A DNA stretch of 64,000 nucleotides from an uncultured Myxococcales bacterium (lineage in GTDB: Bacteria; Myxococcota_A; UBA9042; CAIXZC01), in contig CAITUV010000030.1 of the NCBI GenBank assembly GCA_903895725.1, positions 8,603 through 72,602 on the forward strand, read 5' to 3'. Shown one piece after another: positions 18,689 to 30,500 of this stretch. Position numbers and translations under genes: made by a program. Position 1 is the first letter of the stretch, and each line of letters opens with the position of its first letter. A model generated the notes under the pieces. It worked only from the letters and a program-made list of their open reading frames with translations. It ran no database searches and was not told the origin of the DNA.

Positions 18689-20113
18689 CTACCGGCGGTT
18701 CTGCCGCATCATCGAGCACAGGGCAGCCATTCCTGCGGCGCAGGCGGCGGTGAGCAGTGCCGTGCTGAACGCGGAGTAGTCGGTGGCAGCCCAGGTCGCG
18801 CCCGAGTGCCCCCCTGCCAACAGGAAGATGCCCGCTCCCGACGCCGTGCCGATCAGCATGCCGAGGTTGCGGGAGACGGCCAGGACAGCGGACGCGATTC
18901 CCTGCTGATGGTGCGCGGCTGCCCCCATCAGACTGCTCGAGTTTGGCGAGATGAAGACGCCGGTCCCCAGACCGGCAACGGCCAGGAACAGGCCTGCCAG
19001 CACGAGCGGTGACTCTGCCGAGAGCATGGACAGTGCCGCGAGCCCGACGGCCATGACTCCCATCCCAGCGACACACAGGTTGCGCGTCCCGAGCCGGTCC
19101 GACGCCCGGCCGGCGGGGAACGCGACGAGCGCCATCACCGCCGGCTGGGCCGTCATGAACAGGCCGGTGTGCCAGGCGTCCAGCCCCCGCCCTTCCTCGA
19201 AATAGAACGGCATGAGAAGGATGAGGACGAAGAGTGCGATGTAGTTGAACAGGGCTGCCGCCACAGAGCCCGTGAACTCCCGGTTCCGAAACAGCGTCAA
19301 GTTCAGCAGAGGCGTGGCGGTCCGCAGCTCGGCAACGATGAAGAGTCCCATGAGGATCAGCCCCGCAACCCCGGCCAGCGGGCTCCACCAGGGCGGAGCT
19401 CCCTTGCCTCCCATGGCAAGCGGAAGCATGAGCAGCGGCAATCCGGTCAGGAGCAGAAGGGCACCGGGAATGTCCATGCGTCCGCCCCGGGGCGCCTTGC
19501 CTGCAGGGAGGTGGCGGTGCGCCAGCACGAGCACAATGGCCGCAAACGGTACGTTCATCAGGAACACGCCGCGCCAGCTCACCCAGCTCACCAGCAGGCC
19601 GCCGAGCACCGGACCCGCCGTCAGGCCGGCGTAGGTGGCCGTGCTCACGGTTCCGAGTACACGACCCCGCTGCTCCGGTGGGAAGTTCGTGGTCAGCAGG
19701 GCCGGGCCGGTCGCCATGACCAGGGCGCCTCCCACGCCGTGGAGGCCACGAAACGCCGCCAGCGCCGGAAACACTGGTGCCAGACCGCACAGGAGGGAGG
19801 CGACCGCAATGATCCAGAAGCCCACCAGGAAGACCGTGCGAAGGCCGAACAGGTCACCCAGCCTCCCGGCCACGAGCATGACCGACGAGGAGGCCAGTAG
19901 GAATGCCAGCATCACCCATCGGGTCTCCCCGATGCTCTGGCCGAACTCACGGCCGATGGAAGGCAGCGCCAACGTGATCCCCGACATCCCCAGCGTCGTG
20001 AGCAGTGTCGAAACGCCGACCACGATCATCACCATGCGTCGTTCGTGCTGCAACGCATTTTCGCCGTCTTGTGCGGCCGGATCCGCTGCGGTCTGTCGAT
20101 GGGTCGATGCCAT
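18689..20113 (-). CDS. MFS transporter, DHA2 (EmrB/QacA-like) drug:H+ antiporter family
   Basis: 474 aa, ~14 predicted TM segments; GRLGDLFGLR motif (MFS motif A-like), typical DHA2 layout. Confidence 0.8.
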   Translation of the reverse strand: MASTHRQTAADPAAQDGENALQHERRMVMIVVGVSTLLTTLGMSGITLALPSIGREFGQSIGETRWVMLAFLLASSSVMLVAGRLGDLFGLRTVFLVGFWIIAVASLLCGLAPVFPALAAFRGLHGVGGALVMATGPALLTTNFPPEQRGRVLGTVSTATYAGLTAGPVLGGLLVSWVSWRGVFLMNVPFAAIVLVLAHRHLPAGKAPRGGRMDIPGALLLLTGLPLLMLPLAMGGKGAPPWWSPLAGVAGLILMGLFIVAELRTATPLLNLTLFRNREFTGSVAAALFNYIALFVLILLMPFYFEEGRGLDAWHTGLFMTAQPAVMALVAFPAGRASDRLGTRNLCVAGMGVMAVGLAALSMLSAESPLVLAGLFLAVAGLGTGVFISPNSSSLMGAAAHHQQGIASAVLAVSRNLGMLIGTASGAGIFLLAGGHSGATWAATDYSAFSTALLTAACAAGMAALCSMMRQNRR

Positions 20114-20265
20114 CTCCCCTCCCGTGAGGGCGCATCATAGAACGCATCGCTCCACGTGTCCATCCCGGCTCGACACGCCGATGCATGGCGGGCAGGCGTG
20201 ACGCAGCCTCGCCAGGATGGTACACTGCCGCACGGCTGTGCATCTGCTGACCGAGAGGGAGCGAC

Positions 20266-22917
20266 ATGAGAGCTGCGTGGTACCTGGGCGTGCTTTTCGT
20301 TGCGATGGGGTCGGCCTGCGGAGGAGGAAGTGGAAACGCAGGAGGTCCTGACTCCTCGGCGGACATTCCGCAGGCCGAGCTCGTCGGCGACGGTGCCGGG
20401 GTCTCGGATGCCACTGGCGACGGCGTGCCCACGGATTCCGGATTGGAGGACGATACTCGGGTGCCGAGCGGCCCGTATGCGTTCGTCCTCGAATCCGAAG
20501 CCGAGGGTCTGCCGGGAATCGACTCGGTGGGACGCAAGGGGGACCTCGCCATCGGGAACGAGCGGATCCAGGCCGTGATCGGCGGCATGGACCATTCCAT
20601 CTGGGGGCCGTACGGTGGCGGCGTGCTCGACTTCTCGGCCGCCGGCCTCGACGACGGCTTCGAGGAGGTGTTCGCCTCGGCCGGCTTCCTCCGGGGTGTC
20701 CGGGCCAAGAGCATTGAAGTGGTCAGCGACGGCAGCGACGGAGAGGCGCTCATCCGGGTCACCGGAACGGACGGGCCCATCCCGCTGGTGGCCGCAGTGG
20801 TTCCAACGCCCCCTGCTGGAATCGAGGTGGTCGTGGAATACGCGCTCCGGGCCGATTCCGATTGCCTCGAGATCCGGACGTCCGTCACCAACCCGACCGA
20901 CCTGGAGAAGGACGCTCCAGTCGGCGACGGGCTCGTGTTTTCCGAGGTCGGACGCACGTTCGGCGCCTCGGGGGGATTCGACGTCGACAAGGTCATCTCC
21001 GCAGGGGAGCTGGACTTCATCGGCTCCGACGTGTCCACCGTGTCCTTCCTGATGACACCGCCGTCCGGCAAGCACGTCACCGTAGCCCTGTCCGAAGAGG
21101 AGCTCAATGTCGTCACGTATGAGACGCTGCAACTGGACCCGGGGGAGACTCGGACCGCCAAGCGCTGTCTCTATGCCGCTCCGGGCCGCAGCATTGGGGT
21201 GCTCGAGCGGTACTGGGAAGACCGGAACGTGAAGCTGGTGGACGTGGCCGGGGACATGGCCATCGACACTCCGGGCTACGATTTCAGCCAGGTGGCCCTG
21301 GACATCACCGACTCGGAGGGCGGCTTCTTCGGAGCTGCTCAGCCCGATGCCACGGGCAAAATCAGATTTCGCGTGCCCGAGGGGAGTTACTCCGTGACGG
21401 TTTCGGGGCCCGGGCTCGAGACGTACGTGGTCCCTCTCGAAGTCGAGGAGGGGCCGGCGGAGGGGCAGTCGGATCGCTCGGGCGAGGTTCCGGGAGAGGA
21501 CCGGGACAGGGCGTGGCAGGGGGTGTTCTTCGACCTCGACCCTGCGGACCCGGGGCGCATCGACGTGCAGATCTCAGGAGAGGACGGCAACCCGGTTTCC
21601 GCCCGGATCATGGCCTTTGCCGGGGCCGATGCGGACCTGCATGCCTCCCGCCTCGGTATCTGGCCGGACATCCAGGGGAAGACGACGCTGTTCCTGCCCG
21701 CAGGTCAGTACACGTTCCAGGGATCCCGGGGGCCGCAGTGGACCTACTGTCGCACCAACGTGGACGTGTCGGCCGGCAAGGTGGTGCAGGCTGCCTGCTC
21801 CATTGCGCTCGAGCTCGAGGTTGAGGGATGGTATTCCGGGGACATGCACACCCACTCCGAGTTCTCCATCGACAGTCAGGTGCGACGACACGTTCGGGTT
21901 GCCTCCGAGCTGGCCGAGGGGATGTCGTTTTGGGTGGCGACGGAGCACGACGTGTTTGCACGGTATGCCCCGGTCGTGGAGTCGCTCGGCCTCCAAGGCG
22001 TCATCCTCCCGTGCGTGGGCAACGAGGTTTCTCCCGTGGGCAGGCACTTCAACGGGCTTGGTTGTACGCCGAAGCCGGAGCAGCTGCAGAGGTACTTCGT
22101 GGTCCCGTGGGTCTCATTCACTCCGGAAGGGGAGGTGGCGGGGTTCCTGCCGGCCCCGGCCGTCTGGAAGAGCATGCACGAGGACTTCGGCTGCAAGGTC
22201 GTGCAGCTCAACCACCCTCGTGGCGGCCAGGGCTACTTCGACTTCGCCAAGTATGACCCTGCCATCGGCCCATCGTCGGCCAAGCCCGGGGAGCTCGACC
22301 TCACCTTCGATGCCATCGAAGTGTGGAACGCCGGGGAGGACTGGGGGCACCTCGAGGGGGCGACGCTGGTGGACTGGTACAGCTTTTTGAACCGCGGGCA
22401 CCGCAAGATCGCGACCGGCAATGCCGACACCCATGATCTCTCCCAGTGGGTCGGACAGCCGAGGAACTTCGTCCCGGTGGAAGGGGGGCTGACCGAGGAG
22501 GGGTACTTCGATTCGCTGTTGGGCTCCCGCAGCCAGGTGACGAGCGCTCCGTTCATCGAGTTCACCCTGGACGAGCAGGGACTGGGGGCCACGGTGACTC
22601 CCTCCGCTCCCGGTGGTTCCGTGACGGCCACGATTCGGGTGTCGGCCGTCTCCTGGGCACCCCTGACCACCGTCCGGCTCATCGGGAACGGCGAGATCGT
22701 CCAGGAGTGGGACGTGTCGGACCAGACCGGTCTCGTCCGTCTGGACACGACAGCGGAGATCACTCCCGAGGCCGATACCTGGTACCACGTGGTGGCGTTT
22801 GCCGCAGCCGGAGACCTGGCACCGCTCTATCCCGGGCGGACATCTGCCGCGCTCACGAATCCGATCTGGGTGGATCTGGCGGGCGACGGCTTCGATCCCC
22901 CCATCCCCGGTGAGTGA
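20266..22917 (+). CDS. lipoprotein, PHP-domain (CehA/McbA-family) metallohydrolase
   Basis: MRAAWYLGVLFVAMGSACGGG lipobox. C-terminal half has PHP metal-binding motifs GDMHTHSEFS, ATEHD, LNHPRGG, GNADTHD. N-terminal ~480 aa beta-rich domain of unknown function. Confidence 0.7.
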   Translation: MRAAWYLGVLFVAMGSACGGGSGNAGGPDSSADIPQAELVGDGAGVSDATGDGVPTDSGLEDDTRVPSGPYAFVLESEAEGLPGIDSVGRKGDLAIGNERIQAVIGGMDHSIWGPYGGGVLDFSAAGLDDGFEEVFASAGFLRGVRAKSIEVVSDGSDGEALIRVTGTDGPIPLVAAVVPTPPAGIEVVVEYALRADSDCLEIRTSVTNPTDLEKDAPVGDGLVFSEVGRTFGASGGFDVDKVISAGELDFIGSDVSTVSFLMTPPSGKHVTVALSEEELNVVTYETLQLDPGETRTAKRCLYAAPGRSIGVLERYWEDRNVKLVDVAGDMAIDTPGYDFSQVALDITDSEGGFFGAAQPDATGKIRFRVPEGSYSVTVSGPGLETYVVPLEVEEGPAEGQSDRSGEVPGEDRDRAWQGVFFDLDPADPGRIDVQISGEDGNPVSARIMAFAGADADLHASRLGIWPDIQGKTTLFLPAGQYTFQGSRGPQWTYCRTNVDVSAGKVVQAACSIALELEVEGWYSGDMHTHSEFSIDSQVRRHVRVASELAEGMSFWVATEHDVFARYAPVVESLGLQGVILPCVGNEVSPVGRHFNGLGCTPKPEQLQRYFVVPWVSFTPEGEVAGFLPAPAVWKSMHEDFGCKVVQLNHPRGGQGYFDFAKYDPAIGPSSAKPGELDLTFDAIEVWNAGEDWGHLEGATLVDWYSFLNRGHRKIATGNADTHDLSQWVGQPRNFVPVEGGLTEEGYFDSLLGSRSQVTSAPFIEFTLDEQGLGATVTPSAPGGSVTATIRVSAVSWAPLTTVRLIGNGEIVQEWDVSDQTGLVRLDTTAEITPEADTWYHVVAFAAAGDLAPLYPGRTSAALTNPIWVDLAGDGFDPPIPGE

Positions 22918-22961
22918 CAGCGGTACCTTTGCTGCCTGCTGCAGTGCTGCTGCCGACTGCC

Positions 22962-25133
22962 TCAGCTTCCGAGTTCGGAGGGCTTCATCGAAAGGCCGAT
23001 GCGTCCCCGCATCCGGTCCACCTCGACCACTTTGACGGTGACGGTCATGCCGGGGCGGCAGACCTCGAACGGCGACGAAACACGGCGGTCGGCCATGCGG
23101 GAAACGTGGACCAGCCCGTCCCGGTGAACCCCGATGTCCACGAACGCTCCAAAGTCGGTCACGCTGTTGACGCGACCGGGCAGCACCATCCCTTCCTGGA
23201 GGTCTTCCAGCGAATGCACCCGGTCGGAGAAGCGGAATTCTTTTCGTTCTCCACGGGGGTCTCTACCGGGCCGCTCCAACTCCGACAGGATGTCGGCCCA
23301 GGTCTCTGCACCGACCCCGAGAGAGTCGGCCCGCAAGTCGTTTCTCATCCGGGCAACCAGAGACTGGCTGCCTACCAATTCAGCCGTTGCCAGTCCCAGC
23401 AACCTCGCCGCCCGTCCGACTGCTTCGTAGCGCTCCGGGTGGATTCCGGTGCAATCGAGCGCCTCCGGTCCATTCGGGATCCGGAGGAAGCCGGCACACT
23501 GGAGAAAACGGGCCGGACCGATGCCCGGGACCTTGAGCAGCGCCGCCCGGCGCTGAAACGGCCCGTTGGAATCCCGGTGAGCCACGATGGCCCGCGCCGT
23601 TGCCGGACCGATGCCCGCGACGTGAGCCAGCAGGGCCGGCGAAGCGGTGTTGAGCTCGACTCCCACCCGGTTGACACACTCCTCGACGACAGCGGACAGG
23701 CCACTCTCGAGCAGCGTCTGGTCCACGTCGTGCTGGTACTGCCCCACTCCAATCGACTTGGGCTCGATCTTCACCAGCTCGGCAAGCGGATCCTGGTATC
23801 TGCGGGCAATCGAGACCGCCCCCCGCAAGGTCACGTCGAGATCGGGAAGCTCGGCCACGGCCGCTTCCGAGGCCGAGTACACCGAGGCTCCAGCCTCGCG
23901 CACCGCAGTCACCTGCACGGCGAAAGGCCATGGCACGGTCGCCAGGAAGGCCAGTGTCTCCCGGTGCGCGGTCCCGTCCCCCACCCCGGCCACGTCGAAC
24001 CGGTGGCGGCGCACCAGCTCCACCAGAGACCGTCGTGCCTCCTCCGCCCGCTCCTGCGGGGGATGGGGGTACACGACTCCGGTCCCCAGCACCCGGCCGG
24101 TATCGTCCACCACGGCCAGCTTGCAGCCGTTCCGGAATCCCGGGTCCACTCCGAGCACGCGGTGCCCACGTGCGGGAGGCTCCATCAGCAGGGAGCGAAG
24201 GTTCTCCTCGAACACGGTGACCGAGGAGCGGTCCGCTCGCTCCTTGAGCTGGCCAAGCACCTCCCGCTCCACCGAGGGCCAGAGGAGCCGTTCGAACCCG
24301 TCGGCCACCGCAGCTTCGAAGTCCTGCGAGAAGAGCTGGGGCACCTTGCGGAAGAACGGGGAGGCCATGAGGGCCTGAGCCCGCCGCTCCGGGACTTCGA
24401 CCTTGACCGACAGCGCCCCCGCCGTCTCCCCTCGCAGCATGGCCAGGATCCGGTGTGCCGGGATGTCGGCCACACGCTCGCTGCGGTCGAAATAGTCCTC
24501 GAACTGCGCCGCATCCTCTCCGGCCCCCCGCTTGCGAGAGCTTGCGATCTTCCCGGTCGACCCCGCCAGATCCCGAACCGCCCGCCGCGAGGTCGGTTCC
24601 GTCGACAGCACTTCCGCGACGATGTCCCGCGCACCCGCCAGCGCCGCATCCGGCGAGCCCACTTCCGGCCCTTCCCCCGACGGGGAGCGGATGAACCCGG
24701 CGGCGATCGCCAGGCGGGTACCGGAGGGGCATGGCGACAGCCCCAGGATGATCCGGGCCAGCGGCTCGAGCCCCGCCTTGCGAGCCACATCGGCCCTCGT
24801 GCTCTTGCGTTGCTTGAACGGAAGATAGAGATCCTCCAGCTGCTGCCGGTCTTGGCAGGATTCGATCTGCTGCCGGAGCTCGTCGGTCAGCTTGCCCGCC
24901 TTCTCGATGGCCGCCAGCACCGTCTTCTTGCGCTCATCGAGCGACGTGACGTACTCCCACGCCTCCTGGACCTTCCGGATGGCCGTCTCATCCAGCCCTC
25001 CGGTCTGCTCCTTTCGATAGCGGGCGATGAACGGAACGGTGTTCCCCTCGGACAGCAGCCGTATGCACCCGTCCACCCCCCGGTCCGGCAGCCCGCAGCG
25101 CCCGGCCACCCGGGATTCCAACGTCCTGGTCAT
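22962..25133 (-). CDS. tex: Tex-like transcription accessory protein (S1 RNA-binding domain protein)
   Basis: Start trimmed to MTRTLESRVAG (cat 25131-25133); the upstream 102 codons are Arg-rich read-through. FIARYRKEQTGGLDE (Tex N-terminal HTH), YqgF/RuvC-like region, HhH, and C-terminal S1 domain (GMVLPGRVNSVTDFGAFVDIG). Overlaps upstream gene by ATGA. Confidence 0.85.
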   Translation of the reverse strand: MTRTLESRVAGRCGLPDRGVDGCIRLLSEGNTVPFIARYRKEQTGGLDETAIRKVQEAWEYVTSLDERKKTVLAAIEKAGKLTDELRQQIESCQDRQQLEDLYLPFKQRKSTRADVARKAGLEPLARIILGLSPCPSGTRLAIAAGFIRSPSGEGPEVGSPDAALAGARDIVAEVLSTEPTSRRAVRDLAGSTGKIASSRKRGAGEDAAQFEDYFDRSERVADIPAHRILAMLRGETAGALSVKVEVPERRAQALMASPFFRKVPQLFSQDFEAAVADGFERLLWPSVEREVLGQLKERADRSSVTVFEENLRSLLMEPPARGHRVLGVDPGFRNGCKLAVVDDTGRVLGTGVVYPHPPQERAEEARRSLVELVRRHRFDVAGVGDGTAHRETLAFLATVPWPFAVQVTAVREAGASVYSASEAAVAELPDLDVTLRGAVSIARRYQDPLAELVKIEPKSIGVGQYQHDVDQTLLESGLSAVVEECVNRVGVELNTASPALLAHVAGIGPATARAIVAHRDSNGPFQRRAALLKVPGIGPARFLQCAGFLRIPNGPEALDCTGIHPERYEAVGRAARLLGLATAELVGSQSLVARMRNDLRADSLGVGAETWADILSELERPGRDPRGERKEFRFSDRVHSLEDLQEGMVLPGRVNSVTDFGAFVDIGVHRDGLVHVSRMADRRVSSPFEVCRPGMTVTVKVVEVDRMRGRIGLSMKPSELGS

Positions 25134-27271
25134 GAGCTTCTCCTTGCACCGCCGGTCTCTTTCTTGAGGCCCTTCCTCGAGCCAACGAATCCCAGGAAGA
25201 GCAGGGAACTGAGCAGCCATGCGGCCCCGCACCCGGGCGAGGGAGGCTTCCCCCCGGCCGCACATCCTCCCGAGCTTCTCGGCCCGGACCACGCGGCGTC
25301 CTCTCCCTCGCCGTCCTGCAGATCTGCCTGTCCAGTGTCCTGCTGCCCGGAAGCGTCGGGCTTCGGCGGCAGCTCGCCGGCCACGTCGGCGATCGTCTCG
25401 CCAAGGGCCTCCTCGAAGGGCTCCCCGCGCACCTCCCATTCGCTTTCCGGTTGCGGCTCGACGAGCGGCTCGGGCCCCGGCTCCGGCTCGGGGTCAGGCT
25501 CGGGCAGCTTGACGAGCTGGAGCTCCACCCAGTTTTCGTGCAGAGGCTCTGTCTGGATCGTCACCGGCTCGGACGGCTCGTAACCGTCCGCCACCGCAGT
25601 CACCGTGAACTCGGCCGGGGCTCCCATGTCGATGATGGCGATACCGTTGGCACCCGTCTGTCCGCTCGAGCTGCCGAACGGGCCTTCCGGCTGACCCGGT
25701 ACCGGGTCCACGTAGACCACTGCCCCCTGGAGGCCCACCCCGTCCGGAGACTCCCTCACCTTGGCGAAGATCGGGGCCGGGTGGTCGGTCGGATCCGCCA
25801 GCGGGAGCGAGGGAGGCCAATGCCCGTAAGTCCCGAAGTTGTTCCGGTAGATCGGGCGGTAGAAGTCCTCCTGCTCGATGAACCAGAGCCGATCCCACGA
25901 TGTGGTGAGCCACGGCTGCTTCTCCGCATCCAGGTACATCTCCAGGTAGAACCCCGTGACACCCCACGGGTCTGCCTCGAACTGCACCGTGAGCTGCGTC
26001 CTCGGAATCGTGATGTACTGCGTGGGATCGATTGACACGTCTACGCTTGCCTTGCCAAGCACCGGGTCCGTCCCGGTGTAGAATCCGGGCTGGTCCCCGC
26101 GCACGATGCCGGTTACCTTTCCCTTCAGCGGCAGAGCCGAGAAGAACGTGACCACTACCTGGAGCTTCTGGTCTTCCAGAACCTGGGCTACCTCCGAAAT
26201 CGGGTTCCCGCCCGCATCCTGCCAGGTCACCTCGTCCACGGTCAGCCCGGGCGTGACGTGGTAGTAGTCGGGCAGGTAGCTCATCACCGACTGGATGTTG
26301 CCGCAGATCACGGCGTTGCCGTCGTACGAAGGCCAGCCGGCCGACCCGGGCTTTGCCGCCAGGAGAGCCTTGGTGAACGCCACGCCGGTGGGAAAGATGT
26401 CGTCATATAGAGACCAGAAATCCTTGTCGACGAGCACGCTCTTCTTGAGCCGCTCTACCTCGCTGTCGAACTCGTCGGATTTCTCGACCTCGCCGGAGAG
26501 CATCGACGTGAATCCTCCGCTCATTGCGAGTCCGATGAGGTCCTCCATGGGCGAGGCCAGCATCATCGCGACGAACTCCAATGCCTCCTCACGCGTCATG
26601 GCCCCGAGCAACGGTTCTGCCTTGGCCAGCTTCGCCTCGAGATCCGCCTGCACCATGGCGCAGTCCGTCGGTTTTCCGAGGAAGTCGGAGCCGGTCGCAC
26701 AGTACCAGGCCAGGACATCCGATGCCCTCGCCTTGGCCGCCTCGTCCTCGAACCAGAAGTCATAGAGCACATCGACCATGGTGAGCCAGTCTCCCACCAC
26801 CAGGTCGCCCAGGCTCTCGACGATCCCCTCGCTGTCTCCTCGCCCGTCCGAGTACTCGCCGAACAGGCTGAAGATGCCGATGGCAGCGGACGAGAAGAAC
26901 GGGGCCACGTCGAGCGAGTGCATGGCGGCATCGGAGCCCTGGTGACACAGATGGCCCAGGGCGAACAGCTTATACTCGGGAGCCGTATCGAGAGCCACGT
27001 CGAGCAGGTGATAGCTCAGCTCCCGGCTGTGCCCGAACGTGAGGGCCTCGCTCGCCAGGTCGAAGTCGGGGGAGAGCGCACCAAACAGAACGTAGGATTT
27101 CGCCAGCGGCAACTTGGCCAGGGCTTCCCACTCCGGATCCGTGGCCACTAGATCGGTCAGCACGGCCTGGCACTCCCGGAGGTGGACTCCGGGGCCGGCG
27201 GCCCAAGCCATTGCGCACGGAAACACTGCCATGGTTGCCAGCAACAGGAGCCCCAGACCGCTGCGAGCCAT
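25130..27271 (-). CDS. secreted protein with MYXO-CTERM-like tail; N-terminal region resembles Zn-dependent phospholipase C / S1-P1 nuclease fold (tentative)
   Basis: Start trimmed to MARSGLGLLLLATMAVFPCAMA|WAAGPGVH (SPase I site; cat 27269-27271). Mature N-terminal Trp followed by a His-rich spacing (H..HxxD, GHLCHQGSDAAMHS) is reminiscent of Zn-PLC/P1 nuclease ligands. C-terminus SGGCAAGGKPPSPGCGAAWLLSSLLFLGFVGSRKGLKK is MYXO-CTERM-like. PEPDPEPEPGPEP linker. Confidence 0.55.
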   Translation of the reverse strand: MARSGLGLLLLATMAVFPCAMAWAAGPGVHLRECQAVLTDLVATDPEWEALAKLPLAKSYVLFGALSPDFDLASEALTFGHSRELSYHLLDVALDTAPEYKLFALGHLCHQGSDAAMHSLDVAPFFSSAAIGIFSLFGEYSDGRGDSEGIVESLGDLVVGDWLTMVDVLYDFWFEDEAAKARASDVLAWYCATGSDFLGKPTDCAMVQADLEAKLAKAEPLLGAMTREEALEFVAMMLASPMEDLIGLAMSGGFTSMLSGEVEKSDEFDSEVERLKKSVLVDKDFWSLYDDIFPTGVAFTKALLAAKPGSAGWPSYDGNAVICGNIQSVMSYLPDYYHVTPGLTVDEVTWQDAGGNPISEVAQVLEDQKLQVVVTFFSALPLKGKVTGIVRGDQPGFYTGTDPVLGKASVDVSIDPTQYITIPRTQLTVQFEADPWGVTGFYLEMYLDAEKQPWLTTSWDRLWFIEQEDFYRPIYRNNFGTYGHWPPSLPLADPTDHPAPIFAKVRESPDGVGLQGAVVYVDPVPGQPEGPFGSSSGQTGANGIAIIDMGAPAEFTVTAVADGYEPSEPVTIQTEPLHENWVELQLVKLPEPDPEPEPGPEPLVEPQPESEWEVRGEPFEEALGETIADVAGELPPKPDASGQQDTGQADLQDGEGEDAAWSGPRSSGGCAAGGKPPSPGCGAAWLLSSLLFLGFVGSRKGLKKETGGARRSS

Positions 27272-27545
27272 GTTCTCCCTCCCAGGCTGCACGCACACGG
27301 CCACTTCGCCGGCGGGACGAAGCGCCCCCGTGCGCCGAGCCTCCATGATGCGCCACTGCAAGAACGGATTCAATGCGTTCCGCTAGTCTGCAGGATCCCC
27401 GGCCGGACTCGAAGGTGCCCCCTTGGGTCCCTCTCGGGGGGCACAGTTATCTGCGGAGGAGAGCCATCTTGACGCGGAAGTATGTGATGGTCATAATGCG
27501 CCCATCGCTGATGCTGTACCCACATGAACGTGAAGGGAGGGGAGG

Positions 27546-30500
27546 ATGACTGGGCGAGGATTGTGTGCTTTTGTCGGGGCAGCGCTTCTGGGAGTGATTC
27601 TGGCGTCCTGTTCAGGGGGAGGGACGGTCACAATCGGAGATGGAGACGTGGCGGGGGAATCCCGCCAGGTCACCTGCGAAGAGGGGGAGGTGGACTGCGG
27701 CGGAATCTGCGTCGACCTGGACTCTGACGGGCAGCACTGCGGGAAGTGCGGCAACGCCTGTCCTGTCGGTCAGGGATGCCAGGACGGTGAGTGCGTGACG
27801 GTCTGCCCCGAAGGCCAGGACGTTTGTTCCGGGAAGTGCGTGGATCTGGCGGCGGATCCCGCCAACTGTGGAGAGTGCGGAAAGGCCTGTGACGTGGGGC
27901 TGGCCTGTGCCGAAGGGGAGTGCGTGGTCTCCTGTCCACCGGGCACTGCGGACTGTGAAGGGGCGTGTGTGAACCTGCTGGCGGATGCAGCCCATTGCGG
28001 CAAGTGCGGGGATGCATGCCAGGAAGGGCAGGTCTGTACCAACGGGCAGTGTGCGCTGACCTGTCAGCAGGGACTCGTCGACTGCAATGGGTTCTGCGTG
28101 AATCTCCAGACCGATCTGGCCAACTGCGGCGAGTGCGGCAAGCCATGCGAAGAAGGCGAGGTGTGTTCTGCCGGCACTTGTGCGCTGAGCTGTCAGGAAG
28201 GGCTGGTCGAGTGTGACGGCCTGTGCGTGAACCTGCTCTCTGACAATGCCCACTGCGGCGAGTGCGGCAAGGTGTGCCCGGCCGGCCAGCTCTGTTCCAA
28301 CGGCCAGTGCGAGGTGAGCTGCCTCCAGGGACTGTCCGAGTGCGACGGGCTGTGCGTGAACCTCATGACGGATCTGGGCAACTGCGGCGAGTGCGGCAAG
28401 GAGTGCGAAGCGGGCCAGGTCTGTTCGGCCGGCGAGTGCGCCCTGTCGTGCCAGGAGGGGCTTGAGAACTGTGACGGGCTCTGTGTGAACCTGTTGTCCG
28501 ACAATGCCAACTGCGGCGAATGCGGCAAGGTGTGCCCGGCCGGCCAGCTCTGTTCCAACGGCCAGTGTGAGGTGAGCTGCCTCCAGGGATTGTCCGAGTG
28601 CGACGGGCTATGCGTGAACCTCATGACGGACCTGGGCAACTGCGGCGAGTGCGGCAAGGGGTGCGAGGCGGGCCAGGTCTGCTCGGCCGGCACGTGCGCC
28701 CTGTCGTGCCAGGAAGGGCTCGAAAACTGTGACGGGCTGTGCGTGAATCTGCTGTCCGACAACGCCAACTGCGGCGAATGCGGGAAGGCGTGCCAGGCCG
28801 GCCAGATCTGCTCCAACGGGACCTGCCAGCTGTGGTGCCAGCAGGGGCTCAAGGAGTGCGCCGGCGTGTGCGTGAACCTGCTGACCGACACGGCCAACTG
28901 CGGGGAATGCGGAGTCGCGTGCGAGGCCGGCCAGGTGTGCTCGAACGGTGACTGTGCGCTGTCGTGCCAGGAGGGGCTTGAGAACTGTGACGGGCTGTGC
29001 GTGAACCTGTTGACCGACAACGCCAACTGCGGCGACTGCGGGACTTCGTGCCTGGCCGGTTGGGTCTGCTCGAACGGTGACTGCGCCCTCTCCTGCCAGC
29101 AGGGGCTTGCCGACTGCAACGGTCTTTGTGTGAACCTCCTGTCCAACAACCTCAACTGTGGGGAGTGCGGCCAGGCCTGCGAGGAAGGAACCAAGTGCTC
29201 AGGAGGGGTCTGTCTGCTGACCTGCCAGGAGGGGCTCGACGAGTGTCAGGGGCTGTGCGTGAACCTGCTGGCCGACAACGCCAACTGCGGTGAGTGCGGG
29301 CTGGGCTGCCCCGCCGGTCAGATCTGCTCCAACGGTCTTTGCCAGCTCTCCTGCCAGCAGGGGCTGAGCGAGTGCAACGGGGTTTGCGTCAACCTCAAGA
29401 CCGACGTGAAGAACTGTGGCAAGTGCCAGAATGCGTGCCTTGCCGGTCAGGTCTGCTCGGACGGCGGCTGCTCGCTGACCTGCCAGGAGGGGCTTGCCGA
29501 TTGCGGCGGCCTGTGCGTGAACCTGGCGACCGACAATGCCAACTGCGGGGAGTGCGGGACGGTTTGTGCTCCCGGCCAGGTCTGCTCGGGTGGCAAGTGC
29601 GGCCTGTCGTGCCAGGAGGGGCTTGCCGACTGTGACGGCCTGTGCGTGAATCTGCTCACCGACAACGCCAACTGCGGCCAGTGCGGCACCCTGTGCGGTG
29701 CCGGTGAGCTTTGCATCGGGGGCAAGTGCGAAGTCACCTGCCAGCCCGGCAACGAGATTTGCGACGGAACTTGCGTGAACCTGCTCACCGACAATGCCAA
29801 CTGCGGCCAGTGCGGGCTCGTCTGCGATCCGGGCATGCTCTGCTCCAACGGCTTCTGCCTCCTGTCCTGCCAGCAGGGGCTGACCGACTGCGGCGGAATC
29901 TGCGTGAACCTTCTGAGCGACAACGACAGCTGCGGCGAGTGCGGGAAGTTGTGCGCAGCGGGCCAGGTCTGCTCGGCCGGCAAGTGCCAGCTGTCGTGCC
30001 AGCAGGGGCTCAGCGACTGCGGCGGCCTGTGCGTGAATCTGCAGGTCGACAACGGCAACTGCGGTGACTGCGGTGTCGTGTGCGCGCCCGGGACCGTGTG
30101 TCTGAAGGGCAAGTGCGAGATAGCGTGCCTCGAGGGGCTCACCCTGTGCGGCAGCATCTGCGCCAATCTGATGGTCGACAACACCAACTGTGGCGGCTGC
30201 GGGAAGCCCTGCGAGTCCGGTACTCAGTGCGTCGACGGCAAGTGCGAGATCTCCTGCCTCCAGGGGCTTACCAACTGCGACGGCGTCTGCGTGAACCTGC
30301 TGTCCGATAATGCCAACTGCGGGCAGTGCGGAACGACTTGCGATGCGGGAAAGATCTGCTCCAACGGCAGTTGCCAGCTCAGCTGCCAGCAGGGGCTGTC
30401 CGTGTGCGACGGAATCTGCGTGAACCTGCTGTCGGACAACGCCAATTGCGGGAAGTGCGGCACGAAGTGCGTTGCGGGTACCATCTGCTCCGGGGGGTCC

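Noticed and set aside
22962-25439. Full 825-aa Tex ORF
   Set aside because: The first 102 codons are Arg/Gly-rich and overlap the upstream gene; Tex homology begins at MTRTLES, so the start was trimmed to 25133.
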